64,000 nucleotides of DNA from the human T2T-CHM13v2.0 reference genome, Homo sapiens, in the NCBI RefSeq assembly GCF_009914755.1, contig NC_060930.1; one strand, written 5' to 3'. Below the pieces are notes generated by a model that saw nothing but the letters and a program-made list of their open reading frames with translations, searched no databases and was not told where the DNA came from. Each line of letters starts with the position of its first letter. The first letter of the stretch is position 1. The translations under genes were made by a program, and so were the position numbers. This document shows positions 37,975 through 50,877 of the stretch, piece after piece.

Positions 37975-40900
37975 ATAAGGATGACTGTTATTAAAAAGAC
38001 AAGAGATAACAAATGTTAGTGAGGGTGTGGAGAATGGAAGCATTTCTAGATTTTTAGTGGGAATGTAGATTGGTGATATGGTTTGGTTGTGTCCCCACCC
38101 AAATCTCATCTTGAATTGTAGCTCCTATAATTCCCACGTGATGTGGGAGAGACACAGTGGGAGATAACTGAATCATGGGGGCAGCTTTCCCCACACTGTT
38201 CTCGTGGTAGTAAGTCTCATGAGATCTGATAGTTTTATAAGGGGAATCCCCTTTTGCTTGGCTCTCATTCTCTCTTTGCCTGCTGTCATGTAAAATGTGT
38301 CTTTTGCCTTCCACCATGATTGTGAGGCCTCTCCAGTAAGTGGAACTGTGAGTCCATTAAACCTCTTTTCCTTTATAAATTGCCCAGTCTCAGGTATGTA
38401 TTTATCAGCATCATGAAAATGGTCCAAGACAGTAAGTTGGTACCAGTAGAGTGGGGCACTGCCATAAATATATGTGAAAATGTGGAAGTGACTTTGGAAC
38501 TGGGTAATAGAGGCTGGAATATTTTGGAGGGTTCAGAAGAAGATAGGACAATGTGGGAAAGTTTGGAGCTTCCTAGAGACTTGTTAAATGGCTTTGACCA
38601 AAATGTTGATAGTGATATGGATAATGAAATGCAGACTGAGGTAGTCTCAGAGGGAGATGAGAAACTTGTTTGGAACTGGAGTAAAGGTGACTCTTGCTAT
38701 GTTTTAGCAAAGAGACTGGCAGCATTTTGCCTCTGGCCTAGAGATCTGAACTTGAGGGAGATGATTTAGGGTATCCGGTGGAAGAAATTTCTAAAAAGCA
38801 AAGCATTCAAGAGGTGACTTGGGCGCTGTAAAAAGCATTCAGTTTTAAAAGGGAAACAGAACATAAAAGTTTGGAAAATCTGCAGCCTGATGATGCAACA
38901 GAAAAGAAAAATCCCATTTTCTGAGAAGAAATTCAAGCTGGCTGCATAAATTTGCATAAGTAATGAGGAGCCAAATGTTAATCGCTAAGACAATCCAGGG
39001 CTTGTCAGAGACCTTTCCGGCAGCACCTCTTATTACAGACCCAGAGGCCTAGGAGGAAAAAATGGTTTTGTGAGCTGGGCCCAGGGACGTCTTGCTGTGT
39101 GCAGCCTAGGGACTTGGTGCCCTGGGTCTCCGCTGCTCTAGCCATAGCTAAAAGAGGCCAAGGTACAGCTTGGACCGTGGCTTCAGAGGGTGCCAAGTCT
39201 TGGCAGCTTCCATGTGGTGTTGAGCCTGTAGGTGCACAGAAGTCAAGAACTGAGGTTTGGGAACCTCTGCCTAGATTTCAGAGGATGTATGGAAATGCCT
39301 GGGTATCCAGGCAGAAGCTTTCTGCAGGGCCGAGGTCCTCATGGAGAACTTCTGCTTAGGGCATTGTGGAAGAGAAATGTGGTGTTGAGGTCCCCACACA
39401 GAGTCCCCACTGGGGCACTTCCTAGTGGAGCTGTGAGAAGAGGGCCACCGTCCAACAGACCCTAGAATGGTAGATCCACCAACAGCTTGCACTGTGTACC
39501 TGGAAAAGCCACAGACACTCAATGCCAGCCTGTGAAAGCAGCCAGGAGGAAGACTATACCCTGCAAAGCTACAGAGGCAGAGCTTCCCACGACCATAGGA
39601 ACCCACCTCTTGCATCAGCATGACCTGGATGTGAGACATGTAGTCAAAGGAGATAATTGCTTTAAGATTTGACTCCCCCACTGTATTTCAGACTTGCACG
39701 GGGCCTTTAGCATCTTCATTTTGGCCAATTTCTCCCATTTGAAATGGGTATATTTATACAACGCCTGTACTCCCATTGTATCTAGGAAGTAACTAACTTG
39801 CTTTTGAATTTACAGGCTCAGGCAGAAGGGACTTGCCTTGTCTCAGATGAGACTTTGGACTGTGGGCTTTTGAGTTAATACTGAAATGAGTTGAGACTTT
39901 GAGGACTGTTGGGAAGGCATGATTGATTTTGGAAAATGAGGACATGAGATTTGGGAGGGACCAGGTGCAGAATGATATGGTTTGGCTGTGTCCCAACCCA
40001 AATCTCATCTTGAACTGTAGCTCCCATGATTCCCACCTGTTGTGGGAGGGACCCAGTGGGAGATAATTGAATCATGGGGGCAATTTTCCCCATACTGTTC
40101 TCGTGGTAGTAAGTCTCATGAGATCCAATAGTTTTATAAGGGGAATCCCCTTTTGCTTGGCTCTCATTCTCTCTTTGCCTGCTGTCATGTAAGACACACC
40201 TTTTGCCTTCCGCAATGTGAGGCCTCTCCAGCCATGTGGAACTGTGAAGTCCATTAAACCTCTTTTCCTTTATGAGTTACCCAGTCTCAGGTATGTCTTT
40301 ATCAGCAGCGTGAAAATAGACTAATGCAGCTGGTACAGCCATTATGGAAAACAGTATGGAGATTCCTAAAAAGTATTAAAAATAGAGCTACTGTATGACC
40401 CACGTATACCTCTTCTGTGTACAGACCCAAGGGAATTAAAATCATCACCTCCAAAACATATCTGCACTCTTGTTTATTACAATATTACTCAGTATGGCTA
40501 AGATATGGAAACAACCTCAGTGTCCATGGATAAATGAATGGGTAAAGAAATAGTGACATATATAAATATATATATGTACATATGTGCAAATATACACACA
40601 CACACATACAATGGAACATTATACAGCCTTAAAAAGGAAAGAGATCCTGCCATTTACCACAGAGTGGATGACCTAGAGGATATTATGCTAAGTAAAGTAA
40701 GCCAGACAAAGGAAAATACAGCATAGTCTTTTTCATATATGGAAAGTAAAAAAACAAAAAAAGGACTGTAAGAAACAGAGTAGAAAGGTGGGGTGGGGGA
40801 GAATGGGAAATATAGATCAAAGGGCACGAAGATGTAGTTATCTCAGATGAATAAATTTAGAGATCTAAGGTATAGCAAGAGGACTATAGTTAATATTTTA

Positions 40901-41095
40901 TTATGCACTGGAAATTTGCTAAGAAACTAGATTTTAGGTATTCTCACCACAAAAAAAAAAAAGGAAAAGAAAGGTAACTAGGTGAGATGATAGATAGTGA
41001 GATGATAGATTTACTTGACTGTAGTAACCACTTCATTGTGCATATGTATATCAAAACATCATGTTGGATACCTTAAATACATACAATAAAATTTT
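37975..41095 (+). mobile_element. L1MA (L1MA7/8-like) 3' fragment hosting the THE1B provirus
   Basis: gactgttattaaaaagacaagagataacaaatgtt...gggaatgtagattgg | tacagccattatggaaaacagtatggag... with 3' end aaaacatcatgttggataccttaaatacatacaataaaa. Confidence 0.8.
38074..40328 (+). mobile_element. Full-length THE1B MaLR provirus (5'LTR 38074-38431, internal 38432-39972, 3'LTR 39973-40328)
   Basis: Both LTRs run TGATATGGTTTGG...CA. The internal region starts gtaagttggtaccagtagagtgggg. Purine-rich tract before the 3' LTR. Degenerate TSD attgg/gctgg. Confidence 0.92.
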
Positions 41096-41099
41096 TTAA

Positions 41100-41178
41100 A
41101 TGTGTACATTAGAAAAACTTTATTTATTGAAACAACTCATGGAATTTGGTCCACAGGCCACAGTTTGTCCACTCTTGG
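41100..41178 (+). mobile_element. MER58A, 3' part
   Basis: aaaactttatttattgaaacaa...atttggtccacaggccacagtttgtccactcttg completes the element begun at 37838. Confidence 0.7.
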
Positions 41179-41859
41179 TCTAAGGAATCTTGTGTTCTAA
41201 TGATAACACTTTACATAAGAAAAGTGGAACTAAGGCAGGTGAAGAATTTTGTTCAAATCATATAGCTGAACACGAGGCAGTTTCACTAATTGATTCTCAA
41301 TCAGGTGATACGCTCCTTTAAATATGAAAAATGCGTTATAGCTAAAGTTTCAGCATCATTCATTACCATTAATACATTTTATTCTTTATATTTTATTCTA
41401 GATTATCTTAATTTTGTATGACTGTCACAAAAGAAATGGCATTTGCTTTTGCTTTAGATGATAGGTTTCGTTTTTGAAATTATGTTTTATAATGTTATGG
41501 TTTGTATTTTTCTCTTCTATGAAAATAACACAAGAAAATCAATTACAATGTAAGAATATCACTAATGCTAAAATGTCAGTGAGAAGTTGGCCCCCTACCA
41601 CAATGAACAGCCACTATCACATGAGATTCTTGGCTTCTGCCTGGCAAACACTTATCAACCATTTTAAAAGCACAGCCATTTAGACACACAGCCATCCATA
41701 CTTTTCCCTGAAGCAAAGAGCCTTGCTCTTTGTTGACATAAGTAAGAACTTGCATAAGGTGATAACATTCGCAAAGTTGGCTTTGTTTCTCTATTTGAAA
41801 TGTATTCCTCCTCTTTCCCTTCTATTTGGTCTGACCATTGGATGCTAAACCTCCTGTGA

Positions 41860-42187
<328 letters not shown>

Positions 42188-42454
42188 TCAGCTTTTTTTC
42201 TTAAATCAATATAATTCTCAGATCTTGTGCCTAATTGTTCTTTTAGATTTCTGGCATGTAAATAGACATGCCAGACATCTGGGATAACTCATTTTAGACA
42301 TTTAATTTCAAATCAGTTTTATTTAGAGCAGAATTATAAACACAAGGTCTTCAGAGCCAATGCAATGAAGAATGATAATTATAAATGGTACTTATAAATC
42401 AAAAAGCATTGCAAGATTTACATTAAGTGACAACTGATAGTTGGTCTTAGTATT

Positions 42455-42700
42455 AGTGAACAATAGGGAGTGGTGGATATTGGGCAAACTGGAGAAGGCA
42501 TGTTCTGTATAAAGGAAAGAGCCACTGCTTTCTACCTACCTGAGACTATAAAATCCCAGGGTACTCTCTTTTCCAGTTTTTTTCATACTCAAGTCTTAAA
42601 TGTTGTCTACTAATTTCCCCCAAGGCAACGTATAAAGTTTTTTTTAATGTAAAACACTGTGAGGACTGACTGCTCATAGACTACCACTTTACAAACTTTG
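42455..42700 (+). mobile_element. Ancient hAT-Charlie MITE (MER102/MER103-like)
   Basis: acaatagggagtggtggatattgggcaaactggagaaggcatg...taaatgttgtctactaatt...aaaacactgtg. Confidence 0.5.
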
Positions 42701-44158
42701 ATTTGAGTTTTCATACATTATTTAAAATATCCCAGTTCATATTCTGGTGTCCCAAAGTTACATGAACAAAGTTTAAGTGGTTTAATTATTATGCAGTGAG
42801 ATTTAGCTGTGATCTTGATATCACATCAAAATTTCACAATGTGCTGTCTTTCCATGTTTACTGTTCTGCGTGGTTGTTTTGCTGTAAAGTTCACTTAAGG
42901 CATTTTCTATTCTCTCATTGCCTAGGACCCCAGCTGAAGGATTTTAACTGACGTGTGGGCTGACTCTGCCACAGAAGCACAACCACAATTGATCACTATA
43001 TTCTGAATAAGACTTGGAGTTCAAGCAATCATATGAAAAGGCACTCAATAACCTTCTGTCTTCCTTGATTCCAAATACGGTATACATAAAGGTTATCATA
43101 TACTCCTCTTCAGCTAGCTAGGTTATCTTGACATGCTTCAATTATTTTGTAATTGCCACTGTTTTTCAACAGCTGTGCCCTTGAAATGCATTTTCTCTTT
43201 TGACTAATCAGATAATTTGAAGATGCAGTGCCACTTCTGCAATAAAGCCAATATTGTTAAGAGCCATTGGTGTTTTAAAGGATCCATATTTCAGGAGAAA
43301 ATTATACCATCAACTGTAATTTATGTGAAATTGTGTTAAAGCAAGTGTGTCTCTAAATTTCTACTCGAGAAAAATTTAACTAAAAATGTTGTCTTTTATT
43401 TCTGTGACCAACTCAAAGTCTGATTTTAAAAAGTGATTCTACAGCGAGTCGCTCATATTGCATTTTCACTTAATCCTAAAATAGCAGTCTGTTGCCAAAC
43501 AATAGAAATAACAGAATAACTGAAGCTTGTCAAGACCATCTAGGAGGTTGATTAAACCTAGAGATGGTTCCCTGTGAAACTGACTATGAACTAGAATTTA
43601 TGAACCCATTATACTTTGCAGATATGACTTATATAGATTAATCCTCAAGAAAAATTTAAGGAAAATAAAGATATGTTACCAAAAACTATATGTGTTGCTA
43701 TTATAACAAAATACAAGGTTAAATATAAACAAACCTGCATCTTCAGTGTTTTATCTTATCACAGTGCCTGCATGTTTTTAAAGTAAGAGTGTAAAATTGG
43801 TTATTTTAAATTATTCCCCCAAGGCAGTGTATAAAAACGGCCATGGGCAAGTCATAAGTAATTGTTTGCAATCCACTTTTCCTTTAGCAAATACAATGCT
43901 GTTCTTTTTATCATGAAATGGGTAGTGCTGAAAACAAATTGCTTGATTTTTTTTTTAGATGGAAAACAATTTGAAAACATAGGATTTTTGAAACCTTTAG
44001 TTTCAGATTTTATTACTTTTCAAGAAGCCATTCACAAAAATTTTCAGAAAAAAAATTGTTCCCTAGATGCCAATGGAAAGACAAGAGAATAAATATATAT
44101 ATTACTTTGCAAAAAGAACTATTAATTTGAGTTAAAAATTTTAAAAAATATTCATATG

Positions 44159-44460
<302 letters not shown>

Positions 44461-45149
44461 TTATATGTAATGACAAATTTGGAGGAAATACAAATATATC
44501 TTTTGACTACTGTTTATTGCCCCATCTCTTAAATATTGATTCAATATACATATTTCACATTATATAACACCCTCTCCAGGACAATATACACTTAATCTGA
44601 GCTATGCAATACTGATGAGAAGAATAAGTTCATTGACTTTTAACGATTATGCTAACTTGAGGTAAGTCAAACCATTTATTAATTGACAATCACGTAAGGG
44701 CTGCTTTAGTTGTGGGTAATTAACCCAGATTCTCTACACATGAAGTATGCTTTGCTACTGCCACCTCCCCACTCCCCGCCCACCCGCCGCCAATGCCAGT
44801 TCCACCTTTCGCTTTTGTCCTGAGACCTTACAATCACTATTCCTTTACCCAGCCCATTTTATTTACTTTCAAATATTCAGTTAAAATATCGTAAATGTCT
44901 GGGTATAAATAAAAAATAACCTAAACCCTATGGTTTATTAATCTTATTCCATGATTCCCAGGAAATCTTTTCCTTCACTATTACTTTCCTTCCATATTTT
45001 GCTTAAGCTCCTAGACTACTGTAGTTTCCAATAAAAATTCCAAATTTCTTAGCAATATCTTTTAAAAGATTCAATATTTTTGAAACAAGCAAGGTAAAAA
45101 TCATTAATACAATGTTTGGTTCATTGTAAGCACCCCATGAAAAGTATTT

Positions 45150-46350
45150 CTGTGTAGGAGATAACAAGAGATGAGGCAGAAGAGCTAGGTACAGACGGAT
45201 AGTGGGAAGCAGTTAATGTCGATCTTAGGTTTAGCAATCAGATTTCCATATTAGATAAATAATTCTGACAGCTAAATAGAGGATGCATTTGTCGGGGCAA
45301 GACTAGAGGCAGGGACAGTCGGGAGACTTTTGTAGTGAACATGGAAATAAATTCTATAAATTTGAGGGTTATCAAAATGAACCCAGTTAAAGAGAATAGA
45401 TGATTAGGGGTTCTTAATTAAAATCCATTAATGAGTCTCAAATAATTCATAAGCTTTCTGAAATGTACATATAATTGTCTATGCTTGTATGATACACATA
45501 TTACCATCCACACTTTCCGTTTTGGGACAGATTCTAAAAGAGATGTTCAAAAAAACCCAGAAGTATTAAGAACCTCTGTTATTGAGTGTTACATGCGTGC
45601 CATGGATTAAGAATGTAACTCTGAGTAACACTGATATTTAAGTGGCAGATCAATGAAAAAAGGCAAAGAGAAAAACCACAGAAGTATAAAGAGAAATTGG
45701 TGAATGCACTGCTTTAGAATCAAAGGAAATATAAGCTTTCAAAAAGGAGAATGAGTCTAATTGTGTGCAATGCAGCATGGAAGTCTTGCATGCAAAGAAA
45801 CTTCTATTGGTGTTCACAATTAGAGTGTCACTGAGGACCTTAAAAGTCACAGTTTTGAAAGAACAATAATTTATAATCAGGATAATTCCATCTCATTAAG
45901 GGGTGTTTGGAAATATATGACATGTTTTCATATTGTTATAACTACGGAAATTTAATTCACAGGATTAAGAGATGCTAAACATTTTCAAAATATATGCAAC
46001 TATCTTGAACAATGAAGACATAAGCATGAACGTCAGAATAAACTTGATGACTAATGGCAGTATAAAAGTGAAGATGTTGAGAGTAGAATGCATATTGTAA
46101 AGCTAAAATGAGAAAGAGAGAAGATATTAGACAGCAGCTAGATGTATGCTTTCTTCGTACAATGGGGAGGATTTAAACATATATATTGACTAAAGAGTAA
46201 ACAATATGTAGAGAAAGTGATATAGAAAAATAATATAAGAGACCAAGGCTCTGGAGAAGTTCACTGCATGATAGAAGAATTGGCAAAATATAAATCATTT
46301 GGCCTTAGATAGGACAGAAAAAACTTCATCCTATGTGACAGAGGAAGGAG
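45150..46350 (-). mobile_element. Fragmented ancient L2 with embedded degenerate DNA-transposon MITEs
   Basis: agataaataattctgacagct...ggggcaagactagaggcaggga...; gtcactgaggaccttaaaagtcacagttt resemble antisense L2. Confidence 0.5.
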
Positions 46351-49300
46351 ATGCCCTTGGGTTTTATGACTTTTCTCCATAAAATACATTTGAGTGTTAG
46401 TGAAGCAGATGATTTCTAATTTTTCATCTGTTTACTGCAGTACATTGAAGGAAATCTTTTCCCTGTGCCTAATGAATAAGATGCTGCATTTTTAGTTCTT
46501 TGAAAAAATGTATCATAGGCTCATGATTATATTTTTATAGTCGGTCTTGATATATACATGCAATCCCTCTATATAGTAAACATTTCTTCTTTTTCTGAGC
46601 ATTTACTCTATCCTAAGTATTACTCAGGCCCTTACTAATGAAAAGGGTAAGTGGATTTCCTTCGATAATTTTCATGTACATGAGTGCTAGCACAATTTTA
46701 CCCTCAGATCTTAAGTTAGAAGTTGATCTGCAGAGCTTTCAGTCAAATGTATTATATCTAAAACATATTATCTTGTGTGATTTTCCTGGGCTTAAAAATA
46801 TGCCTTTCCTAAGCTTTATCAAACACTATATGAAGGCAAAAATATCACTGAGTAATTTTAAGTAGCCCTTACAAAAACTCACCAAAAGTAGAGGAACAAA
46901 ATTTAACTACCGGTCCTAGAGCTCTTTGCATACTAGACGACCTCTTCTCCAGTAGCAACTCTATGCTTTTCTTCTGAATATACTGAATTTGTGGGAAATA
47001 GAGAGAGAAGAGTACTGATGAGGGCAAGCAACTGGGGTTGATCTGCCAAGATACTCTAAAATAACAGTGGGTAAACTGTAGTGAGGTTCCTGGTTGCCAA
47101 AGGCCCAGGTCTAGGTGAAGAGGATATAAAATTGAAGCAGGATGAAAAACTTCTGCCTTTGTCCTTTTAAATTGTCTTGTTTTAGGTCTCTGTTTGTGTT
47201 TTGATGGGTAGAAATGTGTCTTGTAGCCTGAAAATTTGCTGATTAATATTCCTGGAGTGTACAACTGTACAACCTTCCATCTCTCGGATAAATTTACATA
47301 TAGATTTCAATGAGAACCTTTAGGTGTCATCCATAACATGATTAGCTCTTCTAAGTATCAAACCACTGTGTTCGTTTTACGTGCAAATGTGGGTTTACTT
47401 TCCATCTAAAACTGTTATCAATGTAATTATTCTTAAGTAAACATCAGTAGCACTGTTCCTAGCTCTAGAACACCACAATGAAATAATCAGCATGAACGTT
47501 TGAAAAAATTTCATGATAAAGAGGATATAGGACTACTTTAAGTCCCAATGAATATGTCTATAAATTGGGAAGGTCTGGATAACTGCTGAAGCATCTATCA
47601 GCTATATGTGTATACTTTTTATAAAAAATGTATTTTGAAGTCCTAAAAATGATCTTCATATTTCAAACAAGCAGGTGGCAAAATATATCCAGAAAACATT
47701 ATTATTATATATAATATTGAGAAAGAAAAAATATATATGGTTTATAATAATATTATATATCATCACATTATTGAATGACTGAATTGACTTGATTTGTGTT
47801 TCAATGATTTGTAACAAAGAATTTATTTTAATTAATCAATATCCCCATAACAAAGATATCATATATACTGGAAAACATAGGTTTTAAGTTTGTATAAAAT
47901 ATTGAATTTTAAAATCACTTTAATTTCTGCATCTGTGAAATCTTAAGCTCAATAACAGAGTTACCTTAAAGCTAATTATAACATAATTGACTTATTCTGG
48001 TTTAAAAACGATGGGAAAATACATCAAAAACTACAGTAACGTTTCTGCATATACTTGATGTTTCAGTCTTCTGACAATAAAATTTATGCAATACCAGTAT
48101 GACATAAATTTATTGTGACTAAGCTGATGGGTATAATTCCTAACTCATCTATACACCTCCCACAAAAGCTTTCTTTTCATTAATGATTACACATATTTTG
48201 TATTGTACTGAACTCAGAAATGAATATAGGCTTTGCCTTTTATATTATAGTAGATAAACTATTTTAACATGGATAGAATTAATTTTAATGTATATATTTA
48301 ATAGACAAAGACAGCAATCTATTTCATTCATATAACTTTGCATTGGGCTGCAATATCTCTGTTATTTACCACCCATTAATATTAGGGACTTCATAGTCTA
48401 CAACTAGTCTATGGCCAGGTATCACTCTTAAGTGTTTGAACACTGCCTCATTTATTCTCCTCTGGAGTCTTCTCTTTTCTGTGGTAAATTTCCAGTTCCA
48501 TGCACTTTCTTCTATAGGACGTGATTTTGCAACACTCCAATCGTAATGGCTATTCTCTCCTGGCTAAGTCTCAGATTATTATTTTTTTTTCTCTATTTCA
48601 GAATGTTAGACTTAGAACAGATTGTAGTATTTAAGAGTCTGAGTAGTGCAGAGTAGGATTACTGACTCACTTATTCTGAATGGTATGCTGCTCTTGAAGT
48701 TGTCCTATATTATGGATTCATGTTGACAGTACTTCTGACATAAGTGTTGGGAAAAATTACATGGTCTTGTATTTATCCTTTTGAAATTTATGCTTTTTTA
48801 AGATACAAAACTTAACACTTAATTCAGATATTCAACATAACAGCCATCCTTTGCCAGTTGAAAAAACAAAATATAAGCCCACTCTCTATCTCATCTAAGC
48901 CAGTGATAAACTAGTAAACATAGCTCTGTAGCACACCAAAAACATCTTTCAAAATTGACTATTAAAATCAAGCACACTATTTCAACCAGTTACCATCTTC
49001 TTAATTTTACCTGTGTTTCATATTTCTCTATTTACTATATATTAAATAAATTAGTGAAAACCTCTTAATAAAGACAAGAAATGCTGTCTATTCTATTTTC
49101 TTACCTAAAAAACTAGTTTGACAGGGTTTGCATTTAGAAACCCCAACTACTTACTTATAATCACACATTTTTCCTGTTTTAGATGTTAACAAAATATTTA
49201 TTTTTAAAATTGCATTCAGCATTGATAGCAAGTCATCCAGTTAATAATCTGTAAACTTGACTAATATAGTTTTGAAATTAATAGGCAGTTTCCCACATTT

Positions 49301-49889
49301 AGTCCTTCATAACTCTTCCTAACCTCATGTTTTTTTTCCTCAACAAACATTGACAGTAGCTCAATAATCTTGTCTGCAATCTCCTTTAATACCTGTATAC
49401 GTAAATTCTAAGTTCTAGAAATTTGGAGTTCACGTGAAACAGCTACATGCTCTTTACAAATATATTTAATGATTTGGATCTCATTTTCATCTTACCAATC
49501 GATATTTACTCTAGTATTTTAAATAATATGCACCATTTAATTTAGTTTTTTAAGAAAGTCTCCTTAGCAAAAATAACATCTAACCTAACAGCTCAAAGAA
49601 AAGCAGTTTTTAGTTAACAGTAAGTACAGTGGAAAGAATATCCCAGCATGAAGGTGCAAGGTACGTGAAAGATCTGAGATAAGATTATGCATGACAGGTG
49701 GTGCCATGGATGAAGAATAATAATGAGTAATGAAGACAGTAGCATGCCTACAAATTTAGGAAAGAAGGTCATGTAATAGACCTTGTTAAACATTAAAGGT
49801 AAGTCCTTAGTGCATTAGGGAGCTACCAAATTGTTTTGAACAGGATTCATAATTGAATTTATATCTTTAAAAGATCCCCCACTGCTGGT

Positions 49890-50057
49890 TCCCTTTCAAT
49901 TCTGCCATGAGCAGAAGTATGAGGGTCTCACCAGAAGCATATTCTAGCACCCTGATTTTTGTACAGCTTGCAGAGCCATGAGCCAAATAAAACTCTTTTC
50001 TTTATAAATTATCCAGGTTCAGGTATTCCTTTACAGTAATGCAAAAAGACTAAGACA
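49890..50057 (+). mobile_element. MST (MSTB/C-like) MaLR LTR, 3' half
   Basis: gtacagcttgcagagccatgagccaaataaaactcttttctttataaattatccagg...caaaaagactaagaca. Confidence 0.75.
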
Positions 50058-50603
50058 GTTGTATATATTTCTTTATAATTTTTATGTTTTCAGTTCTCAA
50101 AATAATGGTTACATCCAATATATCATTCCTACTGCTTTCTCTTTTTTGTTTTTTTTTGGTAGGCTTGATATTTTCACAGTATCAGTTCATGAATTAATAA
50201 ATTTATTTTATAGTTTTCTTTCTAATTTATCATTTTACTTCATTATATTCAATTAAAGCTTACATCGCTTTTTCACTTTTTAATGCATTTCTAATAATTT
50301 CCATTCTTAATAGAAGTAATTTATGATAATGACTTTTGTATGAGAAAAATTTTGCCAGTATCATATCTTTTTCTAGGTACAGTGTTTTCTAGCCAATAAT
50401 TTCAGTTTTAATTTGCTCTTGGACCAATGTGATGTTAAAGTAATTCTTTTTCTTTCTTTTATTTTTAGGTTTACTTCCAAGTGTTTAGGAGTTGGAGTTC
50501 ACCTTAGCTATTAATTCTAGTTTAATCATATTTTAACACATCAATGTTAACTGTATCATGTCTACTGTAGAGGCTTAATCAAACTTTTCATTGTAATCTA
50601 ACA

Positions 50604-50877
50604 CAGATGGAGCATCTGTGAATCTGAAAATCTGAAATCTGAAATGCTCTAAAATCTGAAACTTTTTGAGTGCTGACGTGACACCACAAATGGAAAATTG
50701 TACACATAATCACCTAACACAAATTTTGTTTCATGCATAAAATTATCTAAAATATTGTATAAAATTACCTTTAAGCTATATGTGTAAGGTATATATGAAA
50801 CATAAATGAATTTTGTGATTAGACTTGAGTCCCACCCCCAAGATATTTCATTATGTATATGCAAATATTTCAAAATA
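50604..50877 (+). mobile_element. Tigger4b/MER46 (Zombi) fragment
   Basis: cagatggagcatc...aatctgaaaatctgaaatctgaaatgctctaaaatctgaaactttttgagtgctgacgtgac...agacttgagtcccaccccaagata. Confidence 0.8.

Noticed and set aside
38380-39681. THE1 internal ORFs
   Set aside because: Fragments of the known degenerate MaLR internal ORF; no intact frame.
40982-41010. Small duplications such as GTGAGATGATAGAT x2 (also about 9677-9717, 16228-16247 and 33408-33439)
   Set aside because: Ordinary slippage products inside repeats or AT-rich DNA.
44760-44792. Short C-rich tract (G4/Sp-KLF-like)
   Set aside because: Too short and isolated; no CpG island or other promoter support.
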